From Sphingomonadales bacterium (GTDB taxonomy: Bacteria > Pseudomonadota > Alphaproteobacteria > Sphingomonadales > Sphingomonadaceae): 64,000 bases of DNA. The translations under genes were made by a program, and so were the position numbers. The DNA lies in NCBI GenBank assembly GCA_038244345.1, contig JBBRTO010000002.1, positions 2,949 through 66,948 of the forward strand, in the 5' to 3' direction. Below the pieces are notes generated by a model. That model did not search any database. It saw only the letters and a list, made by a program, of their open reading frames with translations, and was not told where the DNA came from. Below, in pieces: positions 9,852 to 18,943 of this stretch (position 1 is the first letter of the stretch; the number at the start of each line of letters is the position of its first letter).

Positions 9852-10388
9852 ATGGTGGATCTGGACGGCAAGACGGTGCTGATCATGGCGACCGACCGGT
9901 TCGAAGAAAGCGAGCTGTTCGGCCCGCGCGAGATATTGCTCGAGCGCGGCGCGGCAGTGACCCTGGCGTCGCTCAAGATGGACGAGATCATGGGGACGGT
10001 TCACGACGAGCCGGGGCGCAAGATCGCGCCCGACTTGTTGATCGGCGACGTGAACCCTGACGAGTATGACGCGCTGTTGCTGCCCGGCGGGCTCGGCAAT
10101 CCCGACCGACTGCGGATGGAGCACAAGGCGGTGGCGCTGGTCCGTGCTTTTGTCGATGCGGGCAAGCCGGTCGCGGCGATCTGTCACGGGCCGTGGCTGC
10201 TGGTTGAGGCCGACGTGGTGCGCGGTAAAAGGGTCACCAGCTGGCCGTCGATCCGTACCGACCTTGCGAATGCCGGCGGCGAAGTGGTCGACGAAGCGGC
10301 GGTGACCGACGGCTATATCATCACCAGCCGCAAGCCCGACGACGTCCCCGCTTTTACCGAGGCGCTGGCCAGGGCCTTGCTATCCTAA
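9852..10388 (+). CDS. PfpI/DJ-1 family type 1 glutamine amidotransferase-like protein
   Basis: FEESEL, LLLPGG, AAICHGPW, ITSRKPDD. Confidence 0.93.
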   Translation: MVDLDGKTVLIMATDRFEESELFGPREILLERGAAVTLASLKMDEIMGTVHDEPGRKIAPDLLIGDVNPDEYDALLLPGGLGNPDRLRMEHKAVALVRAFVDAGKPVAAICHGPWLLVEADVVRGKRVTSWPSIRTDLANAGGEVVDEAAVTDGYIITSRKPDDVPAFTEALARALLS

Positions 10389-10423
10389 CCTGTCGGTAGG
10401 GTTTTTCGCTTAAGCCAATGGTC

Positions 10424-10969
10424 ATGAGCAAGACCCATGATCGTGGACGACTGGACTGGCTGGTCGAAGTAGCGGGGGCAACTGCCCCGGCGATGGCGGC
10501 GGCATTCGCCGCGGCGAAGCTTGCACCGGTCAACGGCTGGGCGCCCTCGACCGCGGTGCTGGTCGGCGCTGGCGGAATATTCGCGGCGGCCTTTGCAGCG
10601 ATGCGGGTGGTGCCGCCCGAGGCACGACATTTGGCGTTGCCCGATTTCGAGGGCGTAGTGCTCGAACAGGAATTGCTGCTCGACGAGCGTGTGCCGATGC
10701 TCGATGAATTATTGCTCGATCAACCGCTGATCGAGGAAGCGACTGAAGCGGTCGCTGAATTGTTGCTCGACGACCCGCTTGCCGCGCCGGCGCCCGATTC
10801 GCGCGTGGTCCAATTATTCGCCGACGGGCGGATGCCGAGCGCGGGGCAGCTCAAGTCCCGCATCGACCGGCATCTGGCCGATTCCGGCAAACCGGCGCCG
10901 GCTGGCGATGCCTCGGACGCGTTGGGCGAGGCACTGGCCGAGCTTCGCCGCTCACTTCGCCAGGCCTGA
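10424..10969 (+). CDS. Hypothetical membrane-anchored protein with ELLLD repeats
   Basis: Two N-terminal hydrophobic segments, three ELLLD motifs, helical C-terminus; start may be 10418 or 10424. Confidence 0.65.
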   Translation: MSKTHDRGRLDWLVEVAGATAPAMAAAFAAAKLAPVNGWAPSTAVLVGAGGIFAAAFAAMRVVPPEARHLALPDFEGVVLEQELLLDERVPMLDELLLDQPLIEEATEAVAELLLDDPLAAPAPDSRVVQLFADGRMPSAGQLKSRIDRHLADSGKPAPAGDASDALGEALAELRRSLRQA

Positions 10970-10975
10970 ACCGCT

Positions 10976-11308
10976 TCACTCGGCAACCGTCAGCGCCTCG
11001 ATCTCGATCAATATCGCGCCATCGGCCTGCTCGATCGGGCGGCGAACCAATGCGATGTCAGCGACGATCTGGCCGGGAATAGCGAAATCGGCATCCTCCA
11101 GCCCGTCGGCCAGAAGCGCGGCGACGCTAACGGCGTCGGGGCCGGGGATCCGAAGCGTGATTTCATGCCGCTCCCCGGCGAAGGTCAGCGAATTCCAGTC
11201 GGTCGAACGGAAATCGCTTAGCAAAATCCTATTCCTGTCCACGCCCGCCCTTGCCAGGAGGACGCGCAGCAGGCCCGCCGCGGCGGTCGACATCGCCAGT
11301 TTCATCAT
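10976..11308 (-). CDS. Hypothetical protein
   Basis: Coupled by ATGA overlap to the upstream HTH gene; WNSLTFAGERH motif. Confidence 0.7.
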   Translation of the reverse strand: MMKLAMSTAAAGLLRVLLARAGVDRNRILLSDFRSTDWNSLTFAGERHEITLRIPGPDAVSVAALLADGLEDADFAIPGQIVADIALVRRPIEQADGAILIEIEALTVAE

Positions 11309-11478
11309 CGTACTTCCTCCAGGAAATCGACGATCCTTGCGACCGTCTGAGGCCGTGGTTCGCGACCTCTTCGCAAGTCAAAAACGAAACGGGGGTCGTT
11401 GACGGCGTCGCGTCCGAATCGCGCCGCTGGAACACCTGATGAACGAAGGAAAATTTCGATCTCTCGCAATAAATGCAC
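11305..11478 (-). CDS. Small Cro-like HTH protein
   Basis: GTG start; LLREIEIFLRSSGVPAARFGRDAVNDPRFVFDLRRGREP; divergent from S24 repressor. Confidence 0.75.
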   Translation of the reverse strand: MHLLREIEIFLRSSGVPAARFGRDAVNDPRFVFDLRRGREPRPQTVARIVDFLEEVR

Positions 11479-11532
11479 TGTTAGAACCCCCCGACCTGAG
11501 AACGACTCGGCAATGAAGTCTTCCCAATGCAA

Positions 11533-11558
11533 TTCCTACTTGTCTAGGCGGTTTCCTA
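11533..11558. promoter_or_regulatory. Candidate operator between divergent HTH genes
   Basis: TTCCTA direct repeats; palindrome TAGG-N6-CCTA at 11545-11558. Confidence 0.45.
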
Positions 11559-11575
11559 TGAATATGGTAAAATCC

Positions 11576-12223
11576 ATGCCGAACGATCCAAGAAAGGTGC
11601 TGGAACGCCTATGTGCGGAGCGTGGCGAGGATTTCGCCGGCCTGTCGCGCCTGATCGGCAGGAATCCCGCGTACATCCAGCAATTCATTCGCCGCGGAAC
11701 GCCGCGCCGATTGGGCGAGGACGAGCGCGGCAAGCTGGCGCGCTACTTCGGGATTTCCGAAGTGCTACTCGGTGCTCCCGAGCAAGCGCAAGACGGGCCG
11801 GCGGGGATGATCGCGGTCTGCCGGAGCGCGGCGCGCGCTTCCGCCGGGCCAGGCGCGATCGCCGGCGACGAAGTCGCGACGCCTTACTTCGCGTTCGAGC
11901 GGCGCTGGCTCAAGGCACTGACCGGCGCCACGGCGGATCACCTGTCGATCATTCGGGTCGAGGGCGATTCGATGGCCCCGACGCTCAACGACGGCGACGA
12001 CATCATGGTCGACCTGCGCGACTCGGGCGAACCGCTGCGCGACGGCATCTACGTGTTGCGGATCGAGGAAAACCTGCTGGTCAAACGGCTCGCGGTCCAC
12101 CCGATGGGCCGCCATGTCACTGTCCAGTCGGACAATCCGGCCTACCCCGACTGGCCCGACTGCGCGATCGGCGAATTCACCTGCATTGGTCGGGTAATCT
12201 GGGCGGGGCGCAAGGTCGTCTAG
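11576..12223 (+). CDS. CI/LexA-like repressor (HTH + S24 peptidase)
   Basis: N-terminal HTH, ASAGPG Ala-Gly cleavage site, VEGDSM catalytic Ser, LVKRL catalytic Lys. Confidence 0.9.
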   Translation: MPNDPRKVLERLCAERGEDFAGLSRLIGRNPAYIQQFIRRGTPRRLGEDERGKLARYFGISEVLLGAPEQAQDGPAGMIAVCRSAARASAGPGAIAGDEVATPYFAFERRWLKALTGATADHLSIIRVEGDSMAPTLNDGDDIMVDLRDSGEPLRDGIYVLRIEENLLVKRLAVHPMGRHVTVQSDNPAYPDWPDCAIGEFTCIGRVIWAGRKVV

Positions 12224-12231
12224 CCTAGTGC

Positions 12232-12405
12232 CTAGCGGGAACGCTTGCGGTCCTTGAGCCAGACGGCGACCGCGATGAGGGTGCCGACCAGCGTTCCGGC
12301 GAGCGTGCCGAACAAGGCGATGCCGAAATGCGCGCCGAGCCCGAAGCCGGCGAGAATAGCGAGGATCAGGAAGAAGCCGCCAGCGGCGGAGGGTCGATCG
12401 GTCAT
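12232..12405 (-). CDS. Small two-TM membrane protein
   Basis: MTDRPSAAGGFFLILAILAG...AVWLKDRKRSR; two hydrophobic helices and basic tail. Confidence 0.6.
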   Translation of the reverse strand: MTDRPSAAGGFFLILAILAGFGLGAHFGIALFGTLAGTLVGTLIAVAVWLKDRKRSR

Positions 12406-12513
12406 GGAATGGCCCATGCCCTGACCGGGCGCGGCGAGCAACAATAGATGGTTGACGCGACGTTGATGGCGTTCGTGCGCGGTGGGGAAAGCTTGAGCGT
12501 GTAACGGGAGCGC

Positions 12514-12723
12514 ATGTCGGAATATTTCATCGCCTGCCGGGCCGCTGTGACTGACGCCGTGTCGCTGGTCGAGGAATATGGCGCCGACGCGCCACTCGCC
12601 GCGGCGATGCGCGCGGTGCAGAGCCGCAACACCGGCAATGTACTCAGATTCTGCCACTGGCGGCAGATCGAGCGACTGTCGGCGCTGCTCGCAAGCAACA
12701 ATATCGAGGGATCGGTGCACTAG
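12514..12723 (+). CDS. Hypothetical protein (69 aa)
   Basis: GGGAG RBS; FCHWRQIER motif, ends GSVH. Confidence 0.7.
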   Translation: MSEYFIACRAAVTDAVSLVEEYGADAPLAAAMRAVQSRNTGNVLRFCHWRQIERLSALLASNNIEGSVH

Positions 12724-12771
12724 GCCAAGCCCGGACTGGCGCGGTTAAGGCGCGCGCTCTAGGCTGAAGCG

Positions 12772-14778
12772 ATGGTATCGGTTGGAATTAGGCGCCGGCG
12801 GGCGGGACTGCTGGCGGTGGCGGTATGTGGACTCGGCTTCCATGCGCCGGCGCTGGCCCAGCAAACAGCGCCCGACCCGGCCGAGCTCGACCCCAGTGCA
12901 CCGATGGACGCGATGCCCGACCTTGGAGTCGAATGGCCCGACATGAACGCGCCCGACCCCAAGCCCGAACCCGAACCAGCAACCGGCGCAGAGGTCGCGG
13001 CGAGCGAGCCCGCGGACGCCAGCGTGTCGATCGACGATTCCGCAGCGGCGCGGCGCTATGTGCTCCGCATCGATGGGCTTGGCGCGGCGGAAAATGCGGA
13101 AATCCTCAAGACGTTCAAGCAACAATCGGCGCTCGACGAAGGCGACCGCAAGCCCGCCAACGCGGCGCAGATCGACCGCCGGGCGCGGGCCGATTCCGAA
13201 TTGCTGACCAGCCTGCTCCAGGCGCAGGGCTATTATGACGCCGAGGTCGACCCGCAAATCGCGCTCGAAGGCGACAAAGTCGCGGTGTCGCTTCGAGCGA
13301 GCCCCGGAACGCTCTACAAGTTCGAGACAGTCGACTTCCCCGGGCTGGCCGAGGCGGGCGGAGAAGCGGCGCCGCTGCGCGAAGCCTTTGCAGTGAAGCC
13401 GGGCGACCCGGTGATCGCCGAGAAGGTCATCGCCGCGGGGATCGCGCTGAAGGTTGCGCTCGGCCAGCAGGGCTTCGCCACCGCCGATATCGGCAACCAG
13501 GACATCGTCATCGACCATCAGACGCTGACCGCGCGGCTGGTGCTTCCAGTCAAGCCCGGTCCGGTGGCGCATTTCGGCGCGATCCATGTTAGCGGCAAGC
13601 CGCCCTTTTCGGCGCGGCACGTCGGGGTGATCGCGCGGTTCAAGCGCGGCGACAAGTTCGAGCGGTCGGACGTCGACGATCTGCGCCGCGCCCTGGTCGC
13701 GACCGGGCTGGTGGCGTCGGTCGAGGCCAAAGTCGTACCGCTCGACGGGGGACGAACGGTCGATATCGACGTCCACCTCGAGCCGGCGCCGATGCGGACC
13801 ATCGCCGGCGAGCTTGGCTATGGTACCGGCGAAGGAGTCAGGGTCGAGGCCAGCTGGCAGCATCGCAATTTCTTCAATCCCGAAGGCGCGCTGACGGTGC
13901 GCGGGGTGGCTGGAACCCAGGAACAGCTCGCCTCGGTCTCGTTGCGCCGAAGCAATTTCCGCCAGCGCGATCAGGTGCTGACGGCGCTCATCTCGGCCAG
14001 CAATGTCGACCGAAAGGCCTATGCCGCCAAGACCTTCCAGCTGTCGGGCGGAATCGAGCGCCAGAGCAATTTCATCTGGCACAAGAAATGGACCTGGAGT
14101 CTTGGCGGCGAACTCGTCGCGTCCGACGAGCGCGACACCATCAAGGCGACCGGCGCGGCCCGGCGGCGGACCTTCTTCGTCGCCGCGATCCCGGCCAGCC
14201 TGGGCTATGACGGAAGCGACGATCTGCTCGACCCGCACACCGGCTTCCGGCTGGGCGGGCGTATCAGCCCCGAGCTCAGCTTCCAGGGCGGGACCGTCCC
14301 CTATGTCCGCACCCAGATCGACGCCTCGGCTTACCGCCCGATATCGGACAGCATCGTCGCTGCGGGGCGGATCCGACTCGGCACGATCCTTGGCGCGGCA
14401 CGCGACGACGTCGCTCCGTCGCGGCGGTTCTATTCGGGGGGCGGCGGGTCAGTGCGCGGTTATGGCTATCAGCAGCTTGGGCCCCGCGACGTCGATGGCA
14501 ACCCGATCGGCGGCCGAAGCCTCGCCGAATTCAGCCTTGAGGCGCGGGTTCGGCTCAAGGCGTTCGGCGGCAATTTCGGGGTCGTCCCGTTCGTCGACGG
14601 CGGGACCCTGACCGACAGCTCCACCCCCGACCTTCGCCATTGGCAATTGGGCGCCGGGCTTGGCCTGCGTTATTATTCGAGCTTCGGGCCGATCCGGGTC
14701 GACGTCGGCACCCCGCTCAACCCGCGCTCGGGCGACAGCCGGGTGGCGGTCGTGGTGTCGCTCGGCCAGGCGTTCTAG
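12772..14778 (+). CDS. tamA: Autotransporter assembly outer membrane protein TamA (Omp85)
   Basis: Signal peptide, POTRA region, RFYSGGGGSVRGY, GPIRVD, ends LGQAF. Confidence 0.9.
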   Translation: MVSVGIRRRRAGLLAVAVCGLGFHAPALAQQTAPDPAELDPSAPMDAMPDLGVEWPDMNAPDPKPEPEPATGAEVAASEPADASVSIDDSAAARRYVLRIDGLGAAENAEILKTFKQQSALDEGDRKPANAAQIDRRARADSELLTSLLQAQGYYDAEVDPQIALEGDKVAVSLRASPGTLYKFETVDFPGLAEAGGEAAPLREAFAVKPGDPVIAEKVIAAGIALKVALGQQGFATADIGNQDIVIDHQTLTARLVLPVKPGPVAHFGAIHVSGKPPFSARHVGVIARFKRGDKFERSDVDDLRRALVATGLVASVEAKVVPLDGGRTVDIDVHLEPAPMRTIAGELGYGTGEGVRVEASWQHRNFFNPEGALTVRGVAGTQEQLASVSLRRSNFRQRDQVLTALISASNVDRKAYAAKTFQLSGGIERQSNFIWHKKWTWSLGGELVASDERDTIKATGAARRRTFFVAAIPASLGYDGSDDLLDPHTGFRLGGRISPELSFQGGTVPYVRTQIDASAYRPISDSIVAAGRIRLGTILGAARDDVAPSRRFYSGGGGSVRGYGYQQLGPRDVDGNPIGGRSLAEFSLEARVRLKAFGGNFGVVPFVDGGTLTDSSTPDLRHWQLGAGLGLRYYSSFGPIRVDVGTPLNPRSGDSRVAVVVSLGQAF

Positions 14779-14779
14779 G

Positions 14780-17700
14780 ATGAACGAGGTTGCAGCCGGG
14801 ACGCAGACGATCATTGTCCGCAAGCATTGGTCGCGGCGGCTGCTCAATGAGCTGCTCGCGCTGCTGCTCGCCTTGCTGCTGCTGCTCGTCGCCGGGCTGG
14901 TCCTGCTCGACACCGCGCCGGGCCATCGCTGGCTCGCCGACCGGATCGCGGGGCTTCAAACTGCCACGGGCCTGAAGATCGAGATCGGTCGGATCGAAGG
15001 CTCGGTGTTCGGCAATTCGCATCTTAAGAACGTCCGCGTGTCGGATCAGAAGGGCGTGTTCCTGACCTCGCCCGACATCTTGCTCGACTGGGCGCCCGGC
15101 GCATGGCTCGGCAACCGGCTGCATATCGACCGGATCGAGGCCGAACGGGTGACGCTGTCGCGGTTGCCGGCGCTGAAGCCGACCGGCCGGACCGGGCCGA
15201 TCCTGCCCGGGTTCGATATCCACATCGGCCGACTCGAAGTACGTCGGCTCGAGCTCGGATCGGCAGTGACCGGAAGCCCGCGGATCGGCGCGCTCAGCGG
15301 ATCGGCCGACATCCGCCGCGGCCGGGCGCTCGTCCGGCTCGACGCTGCCGTCAGGGACCTGGACCGGCTGCACCTGGCGCTCGACGCCGAGCCCGACCGC
15401 GATCGGTTCGATATCGAGGCCCACGCAAGCTCGCCAGAGAATGGCCTGCTGCCCGCTTTGTTCGGATCAAAACGGCCGCTGCTGCTCGACGTTCACGGCG
15501 ACGGGCGCTGGACCCGGTGGCGCGGCAAGGCGGCGATGCGCCTGTCCGGACGGCCGGTCGCAGCGCTCGCGCTGGCGGCGGATTCGGGGCGCTACAGCCT
15601 GTCGGGCAAGCTGGCGCCGGCGCCGTTCCTCAAAGGGCGATTGCAGCAGCTGAGTGCGCCGGTGATCGACGTCAAGGGCGCAGTGATGCTCAAGGGCCGA
15701 TTGATGGACGGCGAGCTTCGCCTGTCGTCGCCGTCGATCCGGGGGGTGGCACGCGGTGCGATCGACCTTGGCGGCAATGCCTATCGCCAGTTGAGGCTGG
15801 GGATCGACCTGCTCCGCCCGCCAGCCTTGTTTGGCAACATGCGCGGTAAGAATGTGCGGCTGGTGTGGACGCTCGACGGCCCATTCGGCAGCGCCAGTTA
15901 CGCCTACCGCCTGACCTCGCCGCAAGTGCAGTTCGACAATATTGGCTTCGTCGACGTTCGCGCCGAGGGACGCGGCACCGGCTCACCGTGGCCGATGCGG
16001 GTCCCGCTCCGGCTTCAGGCGCGAGCGGTGACCGGGGTCGGCGACGTCGCCGGCTCGATCCTCGCCAACGTGCGCCTCGAAGGCATGCTGTCAGTGACCG
16101 ACAAAGTTGTGCGCGGCGACGATCTGAAACTCACCAGCGACAAGTTGAACGGCAAGGTGTCGCTGCTGATCGACCTTCGCGATGGCAGGTTCGACATCGT
16201 TATTTCGGGCGGGCTGTCGCGATACCTGATCCCCGGGATTGGCCTCGTCGACGTCAAGAGCGACCTTCATGTAGTGCCCGGGCCGGACCACAAGGCGCGG
16301 GTGGTGGGCAAGGCCGAAGCGTGGGTGCGGCGGCTCGACAATGACTTTTTCGCCAGCCTCACCGGCGGGCTGCCGCACCTGACCACCGATCTCGAACGCA
16401 CGCCGGACGGTATCCTGCACTTCAGCAATCTCCAGTTATATTCGCCAAAGCTGCGCCTGGCGGGGTCGGGCATCCGCCGCCGCGATGGCACCTTCCAAAT
16501 CGAGGCCAGCGGGCGACAGGCCAAATATGGCCCGGTCAGGATGACGCTCGACGGGCATATCGAGCGGCCGCACGTCGAACTGCTTCTGCCCAGTCCGAAC
16601 CCGGCGATGGGGATCAGTGCGATGCGGCTGTCGCTCGACCCACGCGACTACGGCTTCGACTATCGCTCCAGCGGCGGCTCGAAGCTCGGGCCGTTCACTT
16701 CGACCGGGCGGATCCTGCTGCCCCACGGCGGACGAGCGACGATTTCGATCGCGGCATTGAACGTCGCCGGATCAGTGGCGCGCGGCGACCTTCGCTCCGA
16801 CCCCGGCGGGTTCACCGGCCAGCTGGCGGTGAGCGGAGGGCTTGGCGGGTCGCTCGGCTTCCGGCCGGTCAATGGATCGCAATTGATCGAGGCGCATCTG
16901 ACCGCGACCAACGCGCAATTCGCCGGCTCGCCGACCATCGCGATCCGCACTGGCAAGCTCGACGGTACGATCCTGCTCGAGGACAATCGCACCTCGCTCG
17001 AGGGGACATTCGTCGCCCGCGGCATGGCTTATGGCGCGATCGACATTGCCCGTCTCACGGCCAGCGCGAAGCTGGTCAATGGAGTCGGTCAGGTGCGGGC
17101 GGCGATCGCCGGGCGTCGCGGCCGGGCGTTCGATCTGGTCGCGCTCGCCGATGTGTCACCCGACCGGATCAGCGTCACCGGGCGCGGCGAGGTCGACCGG
17201 CGGGCGTTGATCCTCGATTCAGCCGCGGTGCTGACCCGCGACGGCGACGGCTGGCGGGTCGCGCCGACCCGGCTGCGCTTCGGTGGCGGCCGCGCGACTG
17301 TCTCGGGGAGCACGGGATCGAGTCCCGAAATTCACGCCGACCTCCAGGGAATGCCGCTGCAATTGCTCGACATCGGCTGGGCTAACCTCGGCCTCGGTGG
17401 GATCGCCACCGGGCGGCTCGACTATCGCTGGCATGGCGCCAATGGAGCGCCGAGCGGGCGAGCCGACTTGCGTGTTCGCGGGCTCAGCCGTGCCGGACTG
17501 GTGCTGTCGTCGAAGCCGATCGACGTCGGGCTGGCAGCGGTGCTGGAGGGCGGCAAGGCGGCGATGCGCGCGGTGGCGGTAAGCGACGGCAAGACTATCG
17601 GCCGGGCGCAAGCGCGCTTCGCCCCGTTGGGTCGCGGGCCGATCCTGGCCGAACTGGTCAACGCGCCGATGGTCATGCAGGTGCGCTACGCCGGGCCGAT

Positions 17701-18943
17701 CGACACGTTGTGGCGGCTGTCGGGGGTCGAAATCATCGATCTGAGCGGGCCGGTTGCAATCGGCGCGGACATTAGCGGCCGCATCGTCGATCCGCAGATT
17801 CGCGGCTCGATCCGGGCCGTCAATGCACGGATCGAAAGTGCGGTGACCGGGATGGTGGTGCAGAATCTCTCTGCCACCGGACGCTTCGGCGGGTCGCGGC
17901 TGGTGCTCGACCAGATCGCCGGACAGACCCCGGCGGGCGGGACCATCGCCGGCGCGGGATCGGTCGATTTCTCAGGCGGCCGACCAGCGCTCGACCTCAA
18001 ATTCAACGTGGTGAAAGCGCAACTGCTCGACCGCGACGATATTGCGGCGACTGTCACCGGGCCGCTGGCGATCCGCTCCGACGGGCGCGGCGGGCGAATT
18101 TCGGGGCAGCTCAAGCTCGACCGGGGCCGCTTCACGCTGGGCAGGGCCAGCGCCGCCTCGGCGGTGCCGCGGCTCCAAGTGCGCCATGTCGGGCGCGATG
18201 CCGAGGATGTGATCGAAATCGCCGACCTCACCCCGTGGACGCTCGATTTCAAGGTCGCGGGCGGCGACCTCATTGTTCGCGGGCTCGGGATCGACAGCCG
18301 CTGGACCACCGATCTCGCCATCTCGGGCAATGTTGCGGCGCCGCGCTTCAACGGTCGCGCCGACCTCATCCGCGGCAATTACGAATTCGCCGGGCGCGGC
18401 TTCAAACTCGACAAGGGGATTATCCGCTTCCGCGGCGAGAACCCGCCCGATCCATCGCTCGATATCCACGCCGAAGCGCAGGTCCAGGGGCTCAATGCGG
18501 CGGTCACCGTTCGCGGGACCGGGCTAAAGCCCGAGATCGCCTTCACCTCGGTCCCGCAGTTGCCGCAGGACGAATTGCTGTCGCGGATCCTGTTCGGCAC
18601 CTCGATCACCAACCTCTCGCCGGCTGACGCGGTCCAGCTCGCCTCGGCGATTGCCGCGCTGCAATCGGGCAAAGGCTCGCTCGACCCGATCAACGCGATC
18701 CGCCGGGCGGTCGGGCTTGATCGCTTGCGAATCCTCCCCGCCGATATCGCCACCGGGCAGAAAACCGCCATCTCGGCGGGCAAATATCTCGGCCGCAAAT
18801 TGTATGTCGAAGTGATCACCGACGGGCAGGGCTATTCGGCGACCCGGATCGAATATCAGGTCACCCGCTGGCTCTCGATCCTGTCCTCGATCTCGACCGT
18901 CGGCCGGACCAGCGCCAACGTCCGCGTGTCGAAGGATTATTGA
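14780..18943 (+). CDS. tamB: Translocation/assembly module TamB
   Basis: N-terminal TM anchor, long beta-rich body, PQDELLSRILFG, GKYLGRKLYVE; follows tamA by 1 nt. Confidence 0.9.
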   Translation: MNEVAAGTQTIIVRKHWSRRLLNELLALLLALLLLLVAGLVLLDTAPGHRWLADRIAGLQTATGLKIEIGRIEGSVFGNSHLKNVRVSDQKGVFLTSPDILLDWAPGAWLGNRLHIDRIEAERVTLSRLPALKPTGRTGPILPGFDIHIGRLEVRRLELGSAVTGSPRIGALSGSADIRRGRALVRLDAAVRDLDRLHLALDAEPDRDRFDIEAHASSPENGLLPALFGSKRPLLLDVHGDGRWTRWRGKAAMRLSGRPVAALALAADSGRYSLSGKLAPAPFLKGRLQQLSAPVIDVKGAVMLKGRLMDGELRLSSPSIRGVARGAIDLGGNAYRQLRLGIDLLRPPALFGNMRGKNVRLVWTLDGPFGSASYAYRLTSPQVQFDNIGFVDVRAEGRGTGSPWPMRVPLRLQARAVTGVGDVAGSILANVRLEGMLSVTDKVVRGDDLKLTSDKLNGKVSLLIDLRDGRFDIVISGGLSRYLIPGIGLVDVKSDLHVVPGPDHKARVVGKAEAWVRRLDNDFFASLTGGLPHLTTDLERTPDGILHFSNLQLYSPKLRLAGSGIRRRDGTFQIEASGRQAKYGPVRMTLDGHIERPHVELLLPSPNPAMGISAMRLSLDPRDYGFDYRSSGGSKLGPFTSTGRILLPHGGRATISIAALNVAGSVARGDLRSDPGGFTGQLAVSGGLGGSLGFRPVNGSQLIEAHLTATNAQFAGSPTIAIRTGKLDGTILLEDNRTSLEGTFVARGMAYGAIDIARLTASAKLVNGVGQVRAAIAGRRGRAFDLVALADVSPDRISVTGRGEVDRRALILDSAAVLTRDGDGWRVAPTRLRFGGGRATVSGSTGSSPEIHADLQGMPLQLLDIGWANLGLGGIATGRLDYRWHGANGAPSGRADLRVRGLSRAGLVLSSKPIDVGLAAVLEGGKAAMRAVAVSDGKTIGRAQARFAPLGRGPILAELVNAPMVMQVRYAGPIDTLWRLSGVEIIDLSGPVAIGADISGRIVDPQIRGSIRAVNARIESAVTGMVVQNLSATGRFGGSRLVLDQIAGQTPAGGTIAGAGSVDFSGGRPALDLKFNVVKAQLLDRDDIAATVTGPLAIRSDGRGGRISGQLKLDRGRFTLGRASAASAVPRLQVRHVGRDAEDVIEIADLTPWTLDFKVAGGDLIVRGLGIDSRWTTDLAISGNVAAPRFNGRADLIRGNYEFAGRGFKLDKGIIRFRGENPPDPSLDIHAEAQVQGLNAAVTVRGTGLKPEIAFTSVPQLPQDELLSRILFGTSITNLSPADAVQLASAIAALQSGKGSLDPINAIRRAVGLDRLRILPADIATGQKTAISAGKYLGRKLYVEVITDGQGYSATRIEYQVTRWLSILSSISTVGRTSANVRVSKDY

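Noticed and set aside
10976-12723. Prophage
   Set aside because: Only a repressor/Cro-like pair; no integrase, replication, packaging or structural genes, and no att repeats seen.
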